This document shows positions 24,940-25,710 of a stretch of 25,710 bases of DNA, piece by piece (positions within the stretch are counted from its first letter, which is position 1; every line of letters starts with the position of its first letter). Source of the stretch: an uncultured bacterium (GTDB lineage Bacteria > T1Sed10-126); contig CAZMIT010000012.1 of the NCBI GenBank assembly GCA_964566495.1, forward strand, positions 1 through 25,710, written 5' to 3'. The notes under the pieces were generated by a model, which was given only the letters and a program-made list of their open reading frames with translations, made no database searches and was not told the origin of the DNA. The position numbers were made by a program, and so were the translations under genes.

Positions 24940-25710
24940 TTAATTTTTTGAAAATTGATCGACGAAGGTCAAAGATAACGTTTCTGCTTTTAAGCCTCCT
25001 GGTGCTTCTTTATCCTGTTCAATCCCGGGGTTCAGAGGAAACAAAACTTACCGCCGAGGTGCGTCAGCAGGCGGCGGAGGAAGGAAGCGTCAGAGCACTT
25101 GTTAAGCTGGATCTGCCGCTGCAGCCGGAGTCGCGGTTATCGGTACAGCAGCGGGAAAGCCAGCGCCGGGGGATCCGGCGGGGCCAGAAAAAGGTTGCTG
25201 CAAAAGTTGCCGAAACCGGGGGGCTGGTCAAACAGCGTCTGCAGTCAAGCTCCCTGATGGCAGTTGAAGTCGACGAGGCCGGTCTGGAAAAATTAGGCCA
25301 GCTGGAACTGGTCGAATCGGTAAGCAAAGAACCGGTGCTAAAGATTCAGGCGGAAGCCAGCCTGGGAACAAGCGGCCCCCACATCGGATCGGCCGCTCTT
25401 CACGACACGGCAACCGGGGAGGACCTGATCATTGCCGTACTGGATACCGGGATTGACACTCACCCGGCCTTTTCCGGGAGAGAGAGGATTGTCGGTGAGG
25501 TCTGTTACCTGAGCGACAATGAGGGCCAATGTCCTAACGGTGAACCGGAACAGGAGGGACCGGGAGCGGGGATAGATCAGGACCCGGACGGTCATGGTAC
25601 GCATGTGGCTGGAATAGCGACAGGGCAATTTGTGGGGGCAGAAGAGTTGGAAAATAGTAACGATGACCTGGATACCGGCGTGGCTCCCGGCGCCGATCTG
25701 CTGGCAGTGA
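24936..25710 (+). CDS. Secreted S8 (subtilisin-like) serine peptidase, 3'-truncated by window edge; absent from ORF track
   Basis: GTG overlaps the upstream TGA; signal peptide, propeptide, IAVLDTGID (Asp), HGTHVAGIA (His), GVAPGADL; open to the window end. Confidence 0.93.
   Translation, partial: MINFLKIDRRRSKITFLLLSLLVLLYPVQSRGSEETKLTAEVRQQAAEEGSVRALVKLDLPLQPESRLSVQQRESQRRGIRRGQKKVAAKVAETGGLVKQRLQSSSLMAVEVDEAGLEKLGQLELVESVSKEPVLKIQAEASLGTSGPHIGSAALHDTATGEDLIIAVLDTGIDTHPAFSGRERIVGEVCYLSDNEGQCPNGEPEQEGPGAGIDQDPDGHGTHVAGIATGQFVGAEELENSNDDLDTGVAPGADLLAV

Noticed and set aside
1..25710. CRISPR array, integron or intact IS
   Set aside because: No regularly spaced repeat-spacer units, no integrase or transposase ORF, and no convincing attC sites.

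Overview
Bacterial chromosomal window, probably from a diderm (RND pump, beta-barrel protein) with noticeably acidic proteins. Left half (1-12.3 kb) is accessory/resistance-like: 3' part of an RND efflux permease, a Cys-less ArsR bracketed by two copies of one palindrome, a rhodanese lipoprotein, MFS and NCS2 permeases, an AT-rich islet with a small gene + DUF6036/MenT-like nucleotidyltransferase pair between two copies of a MITE-like element, an ABC-2 exporter, and an acr3-permease-thioredoxin arsenic operon. Right half is mostly housekeeping: tRNA-Ala(GGC), beta-barrel+TPR protein, two orphans, tRNA-Ile2(CAU), GerMN, dpaL, umuDC, a Nif3-zinc ribbon-RNase HI-HU/IHF-HAD operon, DegP, a metallophosphoesterase and the 5' part of an S8 peptidase. 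Intergenic DNA carries several repeat families (CGTC-tagged REP-like palindromes, decamer-ended MITE-like elements, a tiny TIR element with 9-bp target duplications, heptamer arrays). No transposase, integrase or CRISPR array is visible. All calls are from reading motifs by eye; no searches were run.
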